The notes under the pieces are model-generated. The model searched no databases. It was not told the DNA's origin and was given only the letters and a program-made list of their open reading frames with translations. A DNA stretch of 56,583 bases from a virus (taxonomy: Duplodnaviria; Caudoviricetes), in IMG/VR virus record IMGVR_UViG_3300036785_000557, positions 1 to 56,583 of that record. One strand, given 5' to 3'. Shown here piece after piece: positions 28,696 to 38,113 of this stretch (positions within the stretch are counted from its first letter, which is position 1; the number at the start of each line of letters is the position of its first letter). The position numbers and the translations under genes were made by a program.

Positions 28696-29772
28696 TTACT
28701 GCGGGTTCAGATAGTTCGTGTCTGTGACGCCGCCCATCGTGAGCGTCACCACGGCGGCGGTGGTTACGATGCCATTGCCACCAAGGATTTGAATTGTCCC
28801 AGCCGTGGGCACGGCCTCGTATGACCCGCCATCGAGGACATTGCCACCGACCAAAATCCCGCCCGCCGCCGATGTGGGCGCCACGATTTGTGATAGGCGC
28901 GGCCGTGGAAAACCTACCTGCGAGGACGGATTGATATAGGCCGACACGCCAGCGGTAAGCAGCGGTGCTGCCGAGATCGTTACCGCGCCAGCGGCGGCCG
29001 TATAACCCGCGCCTGCCGTGGTGACGGCGTAGCCGGTAACCGCGTCATTCATGATCGCGGTTGCGGCAGCGCCCGTGCCCCCGCCACCCGAGATCGTGAG
29101 AACGGGAACAGCGCCGCCTGCGGTCGGCGTGCCATGGTTATTACAAAGAACCGCCGTGACGGTGCCAAGCCCGGTCAGGCTGGCCACGGCAATGGCATTC
29201 GCGCCCGTGCTATCGCGCGGATCGTTAATCAGCGTCACCTGCGGCGGGAAGGTATAGCCCGCCCCCTGGTCAATGAGGGTGATGGCGGTGACCGCACCAG
29301 CGGTGATCGTCGCAAAGGCCGTTGCCTGGACGCCGGGCGACGGCGGGGCCTGGATCACCACTTCCGGTGGGAATTGGTAATTTGAACCGCCTGAAGGCAG
29401 AGCGATGGTGCTTACCACCTGCCCGAGAATGGCCGTCCATGTTGAGTTACCGGCCGAGGCAACGACAAGCGGCGGCGTGGTGTAGCCCGTGCCTGCGGCG
29501 GTCAGAAGCGCCGCGACGGCGCAGCCGGACGTGTTGGCAAGCCGGGTGTTCACGCCATCGCAATACCAGAAGGCATTGGCATTCGGCGTGGAGGTCGGCC
29601 GCCAGATGTTGCCGATGAAGTCAAAAGATTGGATGTTGGTATATTTGCCAAGGATGGCACGATACCAGTTCGCGGGCGGCAACCAAGCCTGACCAGCTTC
29701 CAAAGCCACCAGATTCGAGCCGAGCGTGCCGAGGTTATTTGCAACCCCAGGACCACCAAAACGAGTAGGCAT
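28696..29772 (-). CDS. Capsid decoration-like protein with GxGY repeats
   Basis: Directly after the MCP and before a terminator; repeated AGTGYTTPP/GAGYT. Confidence 0.55.
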   Translation of the reverse strand: MPTRFGGPGVANNLGTLGSNLVALEAGQAWLPPANWYRAILGKYTNIQSFDFIGNIWRPTSTPNANAFWYCDGVNTRLANTSGCAVAALLTAAGTGYTTPPLVVASAGNSTWTAILGQVVSTIALPSGGSNYQFPPEVVIQAPPSPGVQATAFATITAGAVTAITLIDQGAGYTFPPQVTLINDPRDSTGANAIAVASLTGLGTVTAVLCNNHGTPTAGGAVPVLTISGGGGTGAAATAIMNDAVTGYAVTTAGAGYTAAAGAVTISAAPLLTAGVSAYINPSSQVGFPRPRLSQIVAPTSAAGGILVGGNVLDGGSYEAVPTAGTIQILGGNGIVTTAAVVTLTMGGVTDTNYLNPQ

Positions 29773-29789
29773 TTACTGCGTCTTTCCTG

Positions 29790-30854
29790 TTACAGAACAG
29801 CCGGAGGCCCGGCGACATTCGGCCATGCCGGCGCGGCAAGGCCCGTGATGTGCGCGCCAGATGAAGGCTTGGCGCAAACCAGATTAAGCGCGGTGAGCAA
29901 CACGCCGATGGAGGCGAGCTGGCCGAGCGGGATCAGAGATTCAAAGCCGGTGAAGATGAAGGGCGCGGCTTCAGACACGTACATGGCGAGGTAGCGCGAA
30001 TTGATCGCGTACATCTCACCGCGCGGGCACCACGGATCTGGGAAGATCGGCGTGTTCAACACCTGGATGGCGCGGAAGCCGGAATTCACCACATCGCCCT
30101 TGCCATAGCGCGAGCGCGGGTTGGTCATGAATTGCTCCAGACCCATGAAATCAGTCATGAGTGTGGCCCAATCGGCGGGGTTCATCACCGCAAAATCGGC
30201 ATCCTCGCCGCCGGCCCCGGTCATCACGCGCGTCAGGGTGATGGCCATGCCACCACGGGACGCCACCTGCCCGACACCGCCGGAATTCGGATAATACTGG
30301 CCCTGCCAGAAGGCGTTGGTTTTGGCGATGCCGCCGTAAGAGGCAACATTGGTGCCGTTATCGTAGGCCCCGAGGAGCGAATCCAGCGCATTCGGATTGT
30401 TGGTGTTGTTGGTATAGAGCGCCTGCGCCAACGCCTGTTTGATGACGATTGCCGCGTCCGCCGTCACCGCGCGGAGTTTCGGAATAATCACCTCGGAGGA
30501 TTGTACGATGGCTTCCAGGTTGAAGAAGCCAATCGGCACCATGCCGATTTTGAGGTTGAAGGTCGCATTTTGAATAGCGGCCTGATCCTCGGGCATCGGG
30601 AAGTCGCCCGCGAAGCTACCCCAGTTGAAGGAGGTGAAGGACGATCCCTGCGTGGGGATGGTGATCTGCGACACACCACCGCGCGCGGCTTGCGCATTGG
30701 CGAGGAGCAAGGAGAGCAACGGATGGCTCTGGTAGATCTGGACAAACAACGAAGGAACAACGGCGCGGCGCGTGATGTTCTGGAGTTGCTGACCTAGTGC
30801 CCCAGTTGGGGTAAGGCCGCCAGACAGGCCAGCCGTAAAGGTGGTTTGGGACAC
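29790..30854 (-). CDS. Major capsid protein
   Basis: 354 aa after the scaffold; YGGI....NAFW and PIFPDPWCPRGEMYAINSRYL motifs; GAGGAG SD. Confidence 0.8.
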   Translation of the reverse strand: MSQTTFTAGLSGGLTPTGALGQQLQNITRRAVVPSLFVQIYQSHPLLSLLLANAQAARGGVSQITIPTQGSSFTSFNWGSFAGDFPMPEDQAAIQNATFNLKIGMVPIGFFNLEAIVQSSEVIIPKLRAVTADAAIVIKQALAQALYTNNTNNPNALDSLLGAYDNGTNVASYGGIAKTNAFWQGQYYPNSGGVGQVASRGGMAITLTRVMTGAGGEDADFAVMNPADWATLMTDFMGLEQFMTNPRSRYGKGDVVNSGFRAIQVLNTPIFPDPWCPRGEMYAINSRYLAMYVSEAAPFIFTGFESLIPLGQLASIGVLLTALNLVCAKPSSGAHITGLAAPAWPNVAGPPAVL

Positions 30855-30888
30855 GTTACTCTCCTCTAGCCTCTAAGCGAACGTCGCG

Positions 30889-31485
30889 TTACGCGGCGTC
30901 TTCATTCATAATTTGGGCAGTCATCTTGTCCTGCCACGCGACTGGATCTCGATGCAGTTCCGCAATACTCTCGTCCGAACCGCTGGTGTCGCCAGTGCCA
31001 AACAGATTCATTTTCTGCGGCAGATATCCGTTGCCTTTGAGCGGCGCGGGCGGCTTCGGAAGCGTTTCGATGAAGGCTGGTGCTGCCAACGCAGGATCGG
31101 CGGTGCCCTTCTCCGTCATGAAGGCGATGAATTTTTCCTTGGTCTCGCCTGTGAAGCCGCGTGCGGTTGCGATGCGATCAACGTCCGCCTGCAAACCGCC
31201 AAGCGCCTTCTCATTTTGCGAGGCAAGCTGTTGCGCGTCGTAGGTTTCCTGAAGTTTTTTCAGGGCGGCGCGTGTTTCCTCCAACTCGGACTTCATCGGC
31301 GCAAGAAGCTTCTCGCCTTGGTCGATGACGGGGAAGTTGAGTTTTGGATCAAGCTTCTTCAGGCGGCGCTGGATGTCGAGACCATCCTCGCCGGACGTGA
31401 GCTTGTCCAATAACGAATAGGCAGTGCGCAGAGCGGCCAGTTCGGACGCGGGAATCTGCTCAATCTCATCTGGTTTCCCGGCCAT
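30889..31485 (-). CDS. Scaffolding protein (putative)
   Basis: Coiled-coil, acidic, immediately upstream of the MCP. Confidence 0.6.
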   Translation of the reverse strand: MAGKPDEIEQIPASELAALRTAYSLLDKLTSGEDGLDIQRRLKKLDPKLNFPVIDQGEKLLAPMKSELEETRAALKKLQETYDAQQLASQNEKALGGLQADVDRIATARGFTGETKEKFIAFMTEKGTADPALAAPAFIETLPKPPAPLKGNGYLPQKMNLFGTGDTSGSDESIAELHRDPVAWQDKMTAQIMNEDAA

Positions 31486-31487
31486 GA

Positions 31488-31667
31488 TTATGTACCGTTC
31501 GTGGAGTTACCGACATGCGGAATCGCCATGCCGGTATTACGCGTGCCGTTCGGCATTCCTGCCGGTGTCGCGCCAATAGCGGTGGTGTCGAATGGCACCA
31601 CCTTCTGAATCGGTTCCTTGCCCTCGGCAGGAACGGTGTTGACGTATGGGCCTGGACCTTTAGCCAT
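31488..31667 (-). CDS. Small protein (59 aa, MAKGPGPYVNTVPAEGKEPIQKVVPFDTTAIGATPAGMP...)
   Basis: GAGGAG SD; fills the gap exactly; below the ORF-track cutoff. Confidence 0.7.
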   Translation of the reverse strand: MAKGPGPYVNTVPAEGKEPIQKVVPFDTTAIGATPAGMPNGTRNTGMAIPHVGNSTNGT

Positions 31668-31682
31668 CTTCAGACTCCTCGA

Positions 31683-32201
31683 TTAAGCCGCTTCTTGATC
31701 TGGACCGGGGCCGCCACCGGGCGGTCCTGGCGGTGGCGCCGCTGGCGGCGGCGGTGTCATTGCCGGCGGCGCATTCGGTGGCGCTTGCGCCATCTGCGCG
31801 AGCTGCGCGTGCGGTTGCTGTTGGGCTACCTGCTGGGCGGCCATGCGAAGCTGCTGGATCTGCTGTTGATCGGCGCCCACACCCGTATCTGGAATGTGCT
31901 TGGCGAGCTGACCAACTGTCTTTAGCAGATCGTTATGAAAATCTGATCCCATCGGGATGGCGGGCAACGCGGTCTGGATCAGCAATAACGCTGTTCGGAC
32001 CTTTGCAATGGCCGCCAATGTGTTTCCGGGATTGCCTTGCGGGCCTGCTACTCCACCCGTGCCGGGTGGCGCGGCCATCATGCTTGGCGGTAAGGGGGCC
32101 GGGCCAGCCGGACCCCCTGGACCTGGACCGGCAGGGACTCCACCACCACTCCGCATGAGCGCGGCGAGTTGCGGGGGGACTTGGCCCTGCGCGGCTGACA
32201 T
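31683..32201 (-). CDS. Pro/Gly/Gln-rich head-module protein
   Basis: TAATG-coupled to the upstream peptide ORF; central helical core. Confidence 0.65.
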   Translation of the reverse strand: MSAAQGQVPPQLAALMRSGGGVPAGPGPGGPAGPAPLPPSMMAAPPGTGGVAGPQGNPGNTLAAIAKVRTALLLIQTALPAIPMGSDFHNDLLKTVGQLAKHIPDTGVGADQQQIQQLRMAAQQVAQQQPHAQLAQMAQAPPNAPPAMTPPPPAAPPPGPPGGGPGPDQEAA

Positions 32202-32239
32202 TACTTGCGGCCCTTACGGTGCCCTTTGCGACGTGCCAT
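32201..32239 (-). CDS. Basic micropeptide 2: MARRKGHRKGRK
   Basis: AGGAGG SD; TAATG overlap with the next gene; paralog of 32295-32330. Confidence 0.75.
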   Translation of the reverse strand: MARRKGHRKGRK

Positions 32240-32294
32240 CGAATCCTCCTCGGATTAAATTATTGCGGGAAAGGCGAAACAGTCTCAGGGACCG

Positions 32295-32330
32295 TTACTT
32301 ACGGCCCTTGCGGTGACCCTTACGTTTCAT
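32295..32330 (-). CDS. Basic micropeptide 1: MKRKGHRKGRK
   Basis: GGAG SD 7 nt before ATG; over the shared nine codons it differs from peptide 2 only at synonymous sites. Confidence 0.75.
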   Translation of the reverse strand: MKRKGHRKGRK

Positions 32331-32485
32331 GACACAGCTCCACTTGGGTTGTGGGGAGTCCGGGCAACCCGGTCCCTTTGTGTTTCGCCCATATCGGCGT
32401 CCGAGACTCGTATTCCCAAATCGGCAAAAAAGTCAATTAAATTGGAATATTATTCTCCAACATGACTCTCATCGCAATTATTTTT

Positions 32486-34366
32486 CTAAGTTTTTACGAG
32501 TTTTGGTCCCGATGGCGGGCCGCCCGCCCCTGGCTTTTGCTGCTGTGCCTGGGCTTGCGCCGCCGCCTGCGCCGCCTGTGCCTGCGCGGCTTGCGCAATC
32601 ATCGCCTTCACCTCGGCCTCGTGCGCGTCAGCCACAATTTCATCGACATTCTGCGGGTTAATCATCTCGATAAATTGCTCTGGCGAGATCGCACCCGCCT
32701 TCTTCAGCACCAGCGCCTTCTGTATGCCCTCATCGCCAAAGGCCGGGCTGGCACTATGGCTGTCCACCATGACGCGGATGGTCTGCGGCAGATCGTGCAT
32801 TTTGAATTGCACAGGGCGCATCCCATCGGCCGGCGGCACCAGCGTCGGATCATCCGGGATACCCGCCGCTTCATCCGAGGCGGGCGGCATGTACCAGCCG
32901 ACCAGCGTATCAATGCTCTTGGCCCGCAAGAGATCTGTAACAATGGCGGCAGATTTTTGAATCGCGCGCTCGATGCGGATGGCTTTTTGCTTGAAGCGTG
33001 GCGTGGCGTTTTTAGTCATCTGCTCCGCCTGCCCTGCCGTGCGTACCGAGCCCGACGCCATGCCCTGCAATGTTGGCGTCATGCCGGTCATCACATCGAA
33101 CATGCGCTCAGATTCCTTCAGGCTCTCATACAGCCCCGGCGGCAAGGTCGGTGCCAACATCACGGGCGGTTTAGCGGTGATGTCATTCTCATACAGCCAG
33201 CCGCCCGGCTTGGTCAGCTTGGACTTCTTCTGTTGCGTCATCGTCGTGCCACCCTGGAACCATGCGGGCGGATCTTCCTGAAGGCGCAGGAGCCGGTTGA
33301 TGCCGTTGACGCGTTTATTTACTGAAGATTGCAGCAAAGCAAGATTTGCTATTTCACTGCGGCCCCAGAAATAGCCGGCCAAACGGTTGGGGCAAAACTC
33401 CACGAAAGGCTGCTTGAAGGCCAGCGGATTGCCCTCATCCGGCGCGCGGTGAAATGTCTTATTGTTCGGGTCGAGCATGTCAGCCCAGATATTCATGCGC
33501 TGCTCCCGGCCAAAGATGATGACGTTGCCGACCAACTGAAGCGTCGTCCACTCCCGCCGGCCTTCATCGTCCTGGCGCGCGTCATCCTTGATCCACAGCT
33601 CGTCCACGCGGATGAGATCGGTGATAACCTTGGGGTCGAAGCTCGGGTACGGCCCGGCCAGCCATTGCACCATGCCGTTGGGGGTCTGCGGATTGGCGCT
33701 GCCGATGCCACCCTGCCCCTGGTACGGCTGGAAGCCACCCAGAATTACCTGCTTGAGTAAAGCGGCCTGATCCGGCGAATCAGCGCTGCGGGTCTGCGTG
33801 GCAAACCCCATCGCGCGCTTGTAGATCTTCTCTTTATCGGGATGGTCGCGGATCAGGAGCTTGAATTGGTCGGTGGTGATGTAGGTTGAATGGGTGAAAG
33901 CCTCCTGCTCATCGAGCGTTTGCAGATCCGGCCGGTACACCCCCATGAATTCCGGCATCACCAGCACGGGTTCAAGCCCGTTCACAGACCAGAGGTGCTT
34001 GATGAAGGTTTTGCCCAGCACCAGGGACCAGCGCGTGGCCTCCTCATACTGCGTATCCAGATCGCAGGCCCGCGATTGCTCCAGCACTTCATCGGCCGCC
34101 GCCGCGCCCTTGGCGCGCTCCACCTTACTGCCGCCATACCGGAATTTGACCTTGAATCGGAGGTCCACCGAGCTGCATAGGAACGATGTCATGTCCTCTA
34201 TGGCGTCGAATGTTTTGTTGAAAATTTCAGCATCGCCTTGCTCGTTCCCGACGAGGTAGAGATTGCGGAAAAAGGCCGATTTTTGCAGCCGGTCCATACG
34301 GTCGGACGTGCAGATGTTGGCGATCTCGCCGCACCACTCCTCCATGCCACGATCTGGAATAATCAT
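32486..34366 (-). CDS. Portal protein
   Basis: 626 aa downstream of the terminase; PFVEFCPN...YFWGRS and MTGMTP..QG motifs typical of podoviral portals. Confidence 0.75.
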   Translation of the reverse strand: MIIPDRGMEEWCGEIANICTSDRMDRLQKSAFFRNLYLVGNEQGDAEIFNKTFDAIEDMTSFLCSSVDLRFKVKFRYGGSKVERAKGAAAADEVLEQSRACDLDTQYEEATRWSLVLGKTFIKHLWSVNGLEPVLVMPEFMGVYRPDLQTLDEQEAFTHSTYITTDQFKLLIRDHPDKEKIYKRAMGFATQTRSADSPDQAALLKQVILGGFQPYQGQGGIGSANPQTPNGMVQWLAGPYPSFDPKVITDLIRVDELWIKDDARQDDEGRREWTTLQLVGNVIIFGREQRMNIWADMLDPNNKTFHRAPDEGNPLAFKQPFVEFCPNRLAGYFWGRSEIANLALLQSSVNKRVNGINRLLRLQEDPPAWFQGGTTMTQQKKSKLTKPGGWLYENDITAKPPVMLAPTLPPGLYESLKESERMFDVMTGMTPTLQGMASGSVRTAGQAEQMTKNATPRFKQKAIRIERAIQKSAAIVTDLLRAKSIDTLVGWYMPPASDEAAGIPDDPTLVPPADGMRPVQFKMHDLPQTIRVMVDSHSASPAFGDEGIQKALVLKKAGAISPEQFIEMINPQNVDEIVADAHEAEVKAMIAQAAQAQAAQAAAQAQAQQQKPGAGGPPSGPKLVKT

Positions 34367-34896
34367 GAGATCACATTCCCTTTCGCATCACGAGAATTGA
34401 GCAATGTCACGTTGGGCCGTGTGCGCGGCGCCTGCACCATGGCAATCGGGTCGGGCACGCTGGGGTCTTTCATGGCGGCAAACGCCCCCATCCCGGTCGG
34501 CGTGCGCGCCATCGCGGCGAGTTGGCGCATCCGCTGCTGGATGGGGTTCATGCGGCCGGCACCAGGGCCAAGCTTGCCAGTAAACATGTTGTCGGCCGCT
34601 TGCTGAAGGTCCGGGCGAAGGTTCGGCGCCATGGTGGCCCCCTGGCGGCCATCGGATTTCAGATCCGTGAGGCCGTGATCGGCCATGGTGATGTCCGCCG
34701 CGATGTCCATGGCTTTGACCGCCGGGTTTGCCCCAACAACGGACGGCGCGCGGCCCGCCGCAAGGTCAAATTCCCGATGTTCCTTTTGCGTGCCGCACTG
34801 CGGACAGGGTTCATCGGGCACAGCGGCCGATGGCGCGAAGAAATGGTACTTGTTGCCGCACTCCAGGCAGCGGCATGTGATTTTGAATTTACTCAT
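34363..34896 (-). CDS. Zinc-ribbon (FmdB-like) protein
   Basis: CLECG...CPQCG at the N-terminus. Confidence 0.65.
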   Translation of the reverse strand: MSKFKITCRCLECGNKYHFFAPSAAVPDEPCPQCGTQKEHREFDLAAGRAPSVVGANPAVKAMDIAADITMADHGLTDLKSDGRQGATMAPNLRPDLQQAADNMFTGKLGPGAGRMNPIQQRMRQLAAMARTPTGMGAFAAMKDPSVPDPIAMVQAPRTRPNVTLLNSRDAKGNVIS

Positions 34897-34900
34897 GGCT

Positions 34901-35284
34901 TCACCAGAAGGCTCCCATGCGCGGGTTCGCGCGCCAAAATTTGGGTTTCATGCTGATCTCGGCACGGGTGATCGGATCTACCCACGACATCCATGGCTTC
35001 CATGAAAAACCAATGCGCTTGCGCGTGCTATACCACATTGCCAGCACACCGGGGGTGGTTTCGTCCTCGCTTATCATCACCGGAGACCCATTGAATGGTC
35101 CCTCGCCTGTCCCGGCGTTGGCCATATCAAGCGGTTCATAATCAAAGACTTCCGGTTTTTCGGTGGTGTTACCTTGTCCTTCCTCTTGTCCCTCATCATC
35201 GGGATCATAGAGCGGTGGCAGGGGGCGTGGCTCTCCGCCGATCAAATTCAGCGCCTCGGCTGTCTGTCTTGCATGTCGCGGCAT
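34901..35284 (-). CDS. Hypothetical protein
   Basis: AGGAG SD; operon packing. Confidence 0.6.
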   Translation of the reverse strand: MPRHARQTAEALNLIGGEPRPLPPLYDPDDEGQEEGQGNTTEKPEVFDYEPLDMANAGTGEGPFNGSPVMISEDETTPGVLAMWYSTRKRIGFSWKPWMSWVDPITRAEISMKPKFWRANPRMGAFW

Positions 35285-35294
35285 CGTTTTTCTC

Positions 35295-37145
35295 CTAAGC
35301 TAAACCCCTATCCGATAGATATTGGTTGGGTTCCGGCTCATCGACGGGGGCGTTAAGCATGGTGAAAATCTTAGCGTTCAGGATCTCGGATATTTTAGCT
35401 TCCAGATGATCGGGCGTGACCATCACACGGTTGTAGGTAAGGCCCTGGGAGATCAAATTCGGGCGAAACCACTGCTTCCAGGCGACATCGGCCAGCGCAG
35501 CGGCGAACACGCGGTCATCATGCAGGCCGGAGGGTGCGCCGATCTCCCCGCCATCCTGCACCACGGCCATCATTTCCTTCAGGCAAGGCACCGAATGCAC
35601 CGCGAGCTGCGAGGTGATGAGGGAATCACGCAGGCCGGAGAGCATCGTCCACTTGCTGCGGTGCGTGGTCTCCCAGTTATAGGCGTAGCCCGGCCCCATA
35701 GAGTCCGGCCGGTGGTAGAGATACCAGCGCATGGTCTCCAGATAGTCCGACGCGCCGTCATGCCCGATGGCCTTCTGATATTCCTCAGAACGGAGCTGTT
35801 CACGAAGCGATTTCAGCTCATTCATCACCGCATGACCAGGCCCCCCGATCTCCAGGTTCACCATGCAGTTCTTGTAATAGCCCGCCATATACGCCAGCAC
35901 CCAGGCCACTTGCCGCGTGTCGCATTTATTGTCGGCATATTCCGCCACCTGCACCATTTTATCCGCGAAGCACCGGAACACGCTGATGCAGTGCCGGTCG
36001 TTATTGTCGTTGCGGCCGAATGCGGGGTCTGCGCCGATCACGTATTGCGCGCCATCCGCCGGTTCGGTCCAAACACGCAGCTCCACCTCGGCCACGCGCC
36101 GTGCATCGTCAATCCACTCCATTTTGGAGGCTTTGAAATCATTCCCGAGGTAGAATTTGAAGCCCATGAAGGGCACTTCGCGGGCCACCTCAATGAGATC
36201 TGCCACATTGCGGGTCTGGAAAAAGCTGTAGCCGGTCTGAATGAAGGCATCATTCTCAGTCCACGGCTGGCTTTCATCCAGACTTTCGGCCGTGGTGGCT
36301 TTGCTGCTTTCACGCCAGCGATACCACGCCAATTGTTCGGCCGAAATCTTGTGATTGTAGAGGTCTTTGACGGCCTCGATGCGCTCTTGCTCGCGCGGGG
36401 TTGGGTGCGCGGCGCCGAACACCTTGAAACGCGGGTCGCGGCGCGAGATGGCGTTCTGCGGCTTGGCCCACCAGCCGACAAAGATGCGGCCACGGGTGAA
36501 AATATCCTCGCCGGCATCCTCCCACATCCGCATCCAGTGATTCATGCCGTGCGCGGTGGACTCGAACAGGTAAAGCCGGTCGGGATTATGCTCGGAAAGG
36601 GTCTCCATGAAGGATTGCAGGCCCTCGGCCCGCCCGTATTTGGAAACCTCGGTGAGCAACGCCACGGTGTAGGCGCGAGATTCACCCCATGTCGTCTTGC
36701 TCTTGCCCGCCACCAGGAAATCCAGGCGCGAGCCATTGGAAAATTGCATGTATTTCGAGTTTGACGCGGTAATGGTGAAGGCTTTGCCAAAATACTGGGT
36801 CGGAAAACTGTCCATGTAGCGCGTCAGAATGTCGCGGAACACGTCGCGGTTGGGATCGTTATCGACCACCAGCGCGCCAAAGATCCGGGGATGCACGGCC
36901 AGCCAGAACAGCAAGATGGCCAAGGTAACGGTGGTCACGCCGAGCTGCCGGGATTTCAGAATATAAAAAACGTGGACACCATTGGTCAGGCTGGTGCCCA
37001 CGTAATTCAAAACCCGGCTCTGACTGTCCCATAAGACCAGCTTGGAGCCCCGCTCATCGGTCGAAGGGGCTTCTTTCGAGACAATCCGCAAATTGTCTAT
37101 GAAGTTTGAGAATAGCGGCAACCATTTTTGCAGCTTACCCGCCAA
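35295..37145 (-). CDS. terL: Terminase large subunit
   Basis: Walker A ILKSRQLGVTT, ESTAHG coupling motif, nuclease IGADPAFG and HDDRVFA. Confidence 0.92.
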   Translation of the reverse strand: MAGKLQKWLPLFSNFIDNLRIVSKEAPSTDERGSKLVLWDSQSRVLNYVGTSLTNGVHVFYILKSRQLGVTTVTLAILLFWLAVHPRIFGALVVDNDPNRDVFRDILTRYMDSFPTQYFGKAFTITASNSKYMQFSNGSRLDFLVAGKSKTTWGESRAYTVALLTEVSKYGRAEGLQSFMETLSEHNPDRLYLFESTAHGMNHWMRMWEDAGEDIFTRGRIFVGWWAKPQNAISRRDPRFKVFGAAHPTPREQERIEAVKDLYNHKISAEQLAWYRWRESSKATTAESLDESQPWTENDAFIQTGYSFFQTRNVADLIEVAREVPFMGFKFYLGNDFKASKMEWIDDARRVAEVELRVWTEPADGAQYVIGADPAFGRNDNNDRHCISVFRCFADKMVQVAEYADNKCDTRQVAWVLAYMAGYYKNCMVNLEIGGPGHAVMNELKSLREQLRSEEYQKAIGHDGASDYLETMRWYLYHRPDSMGPGYAYNWETTHRSKWTMLSGLRDSLITSQLAVHSVPCLKEMMAVVQDGGEIGAPSGLHDDRVFAAALADVAWKQWFRPNLISQGLTYNRVMVTPDHLEAKISEILNAKIFTMLNAPVDEPEPNQYLSDRGLA

Positions 37146-37803
37146 GGAAATTCCCTCTTAATATCGAATCAACCAATGACATCACAGGAGGGGGTGGGTG
37201 TGTCTTAGCGCGTTCCACCTCAAATTCATATTCCATTAAAATTTCAATGGCTTTGTCGGCGGCTTTGAGGTTGCGATCCTGAAAAGCGATCTGCTCCGCG
37301 CAACTCGTGATGCGCCCCGCGATCATCGCCTCCAGCAAATTTGGCTCATCGGATTTATGGCGGCGCTTGAACCGACGCACGAGCCGCTGATTCACAGCCC
37401 GTATGCGCTCGATGTTGGTTTTGTTATCGCGCGCAGACTGCTTATATTTTTCCAGACTATACTTCATCCGAGACACAAGATTGAATGACGTGATGAAATC
37501 AACGCCAGAATTCTTGGCGATGTCGGCCATCACCTCATCAAGCGCGGTTGAGACCAGATTCATGGCCTCGGCAAAGGCATTGTCGGGGGATTTCTCGCTG
37601 CAATCGCCTGTGGCATCGTACTTTGCCCGGCGCTCTGCATCGCCCAGAATATCATGCGCCAACTTCACCAGAGCAAAGCTTTCCGCGCTGCCGGTCTCCT
37701 GATTATCCGGGTGCGCCTTCTTCGCTTTACTGCGATAAGCACGGTGGATGGCCGCCTTATCGGCGGTCTTTGGTACGTCTAAAATCTCATATAAGTCCTT
37801 CAT
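37135..37803 (-). CDS. J-domain (DnaJ-like) protein
   Basis: DLYEILDV...AYRSKAKKAHPD...F..VKLAHDILGD.ERRAKYD. Confidence 0.9.
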   Translation of the reverse strand: MKDLYEILDVPKTADKAAIHRAYRSKAKKAHPDNQETGSAESFALVKLAHDILGDAERRAKYDATGDCSEKSPDNAFAEAMNLVSTALDEVMADIAKNSGVDFITSFNLVSRMKYSLEKYKQSARDNKTNIERIRAVNQRLVRRFKRRHKSDEPNLLEAMIAGRITSCAEQIAFQDRNLKAADKAIEILMEYEFEVERAKTHPPPPVMSLVDSILRGNFLGG

Positions 37804-38113
37804 CCTGCATCCTTCTGATCGTGCTATCCTCTGTAATTTCCAGCTTCACGCGCTCACCAACGAAGGCCGGCACAAGCACGTTTGGGATGCGCGGATGCCA
37901 AATATCCCAGTCGCAGCTACTCGATTCATCGTCATCCCAGACCACGATGGCGAAGCCGGCGATGGGGTTTGCCAAATTCTCGCACATGAATTTCACACGG
38001 CGCGTGATGAAATCCGGCCGGTTCAGCTCATCCGGCTGGTGCAGACACACCACCCACAACGCGGACCCGTGCGGCTTGTACCGACGAATGCGCGTGCGGG
38101 CGATCTGGCTCAT
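37787..38113 (-). CDS. Hypothetical protein
   Basis: ATGA-coupled. Confidence 0.55.
   Translation of the reverse strand: MSQIARTRIRRYKPHGSALWVVCLHQPDELNRPDFITRRVKFMCENLANPIAGFAIVVWDDDESSSCDWDIWHPRIPNVLVPAFVGERVKLEITEDSTIRRMQDEGLI

Noticed and set aside
32270-32410. Hammerhead ribozyme (CGAAAC next to short stems)
   Set aside because: The required CUGANGA core is absent on both strands
35322-36764. 480-aa plus-strand ORF and similar antisense ORFs opposite dnaB, portal and capsid
   Set aside because: Shadow frames of GC-rich coding genes, with no RBS or recognisable motifs
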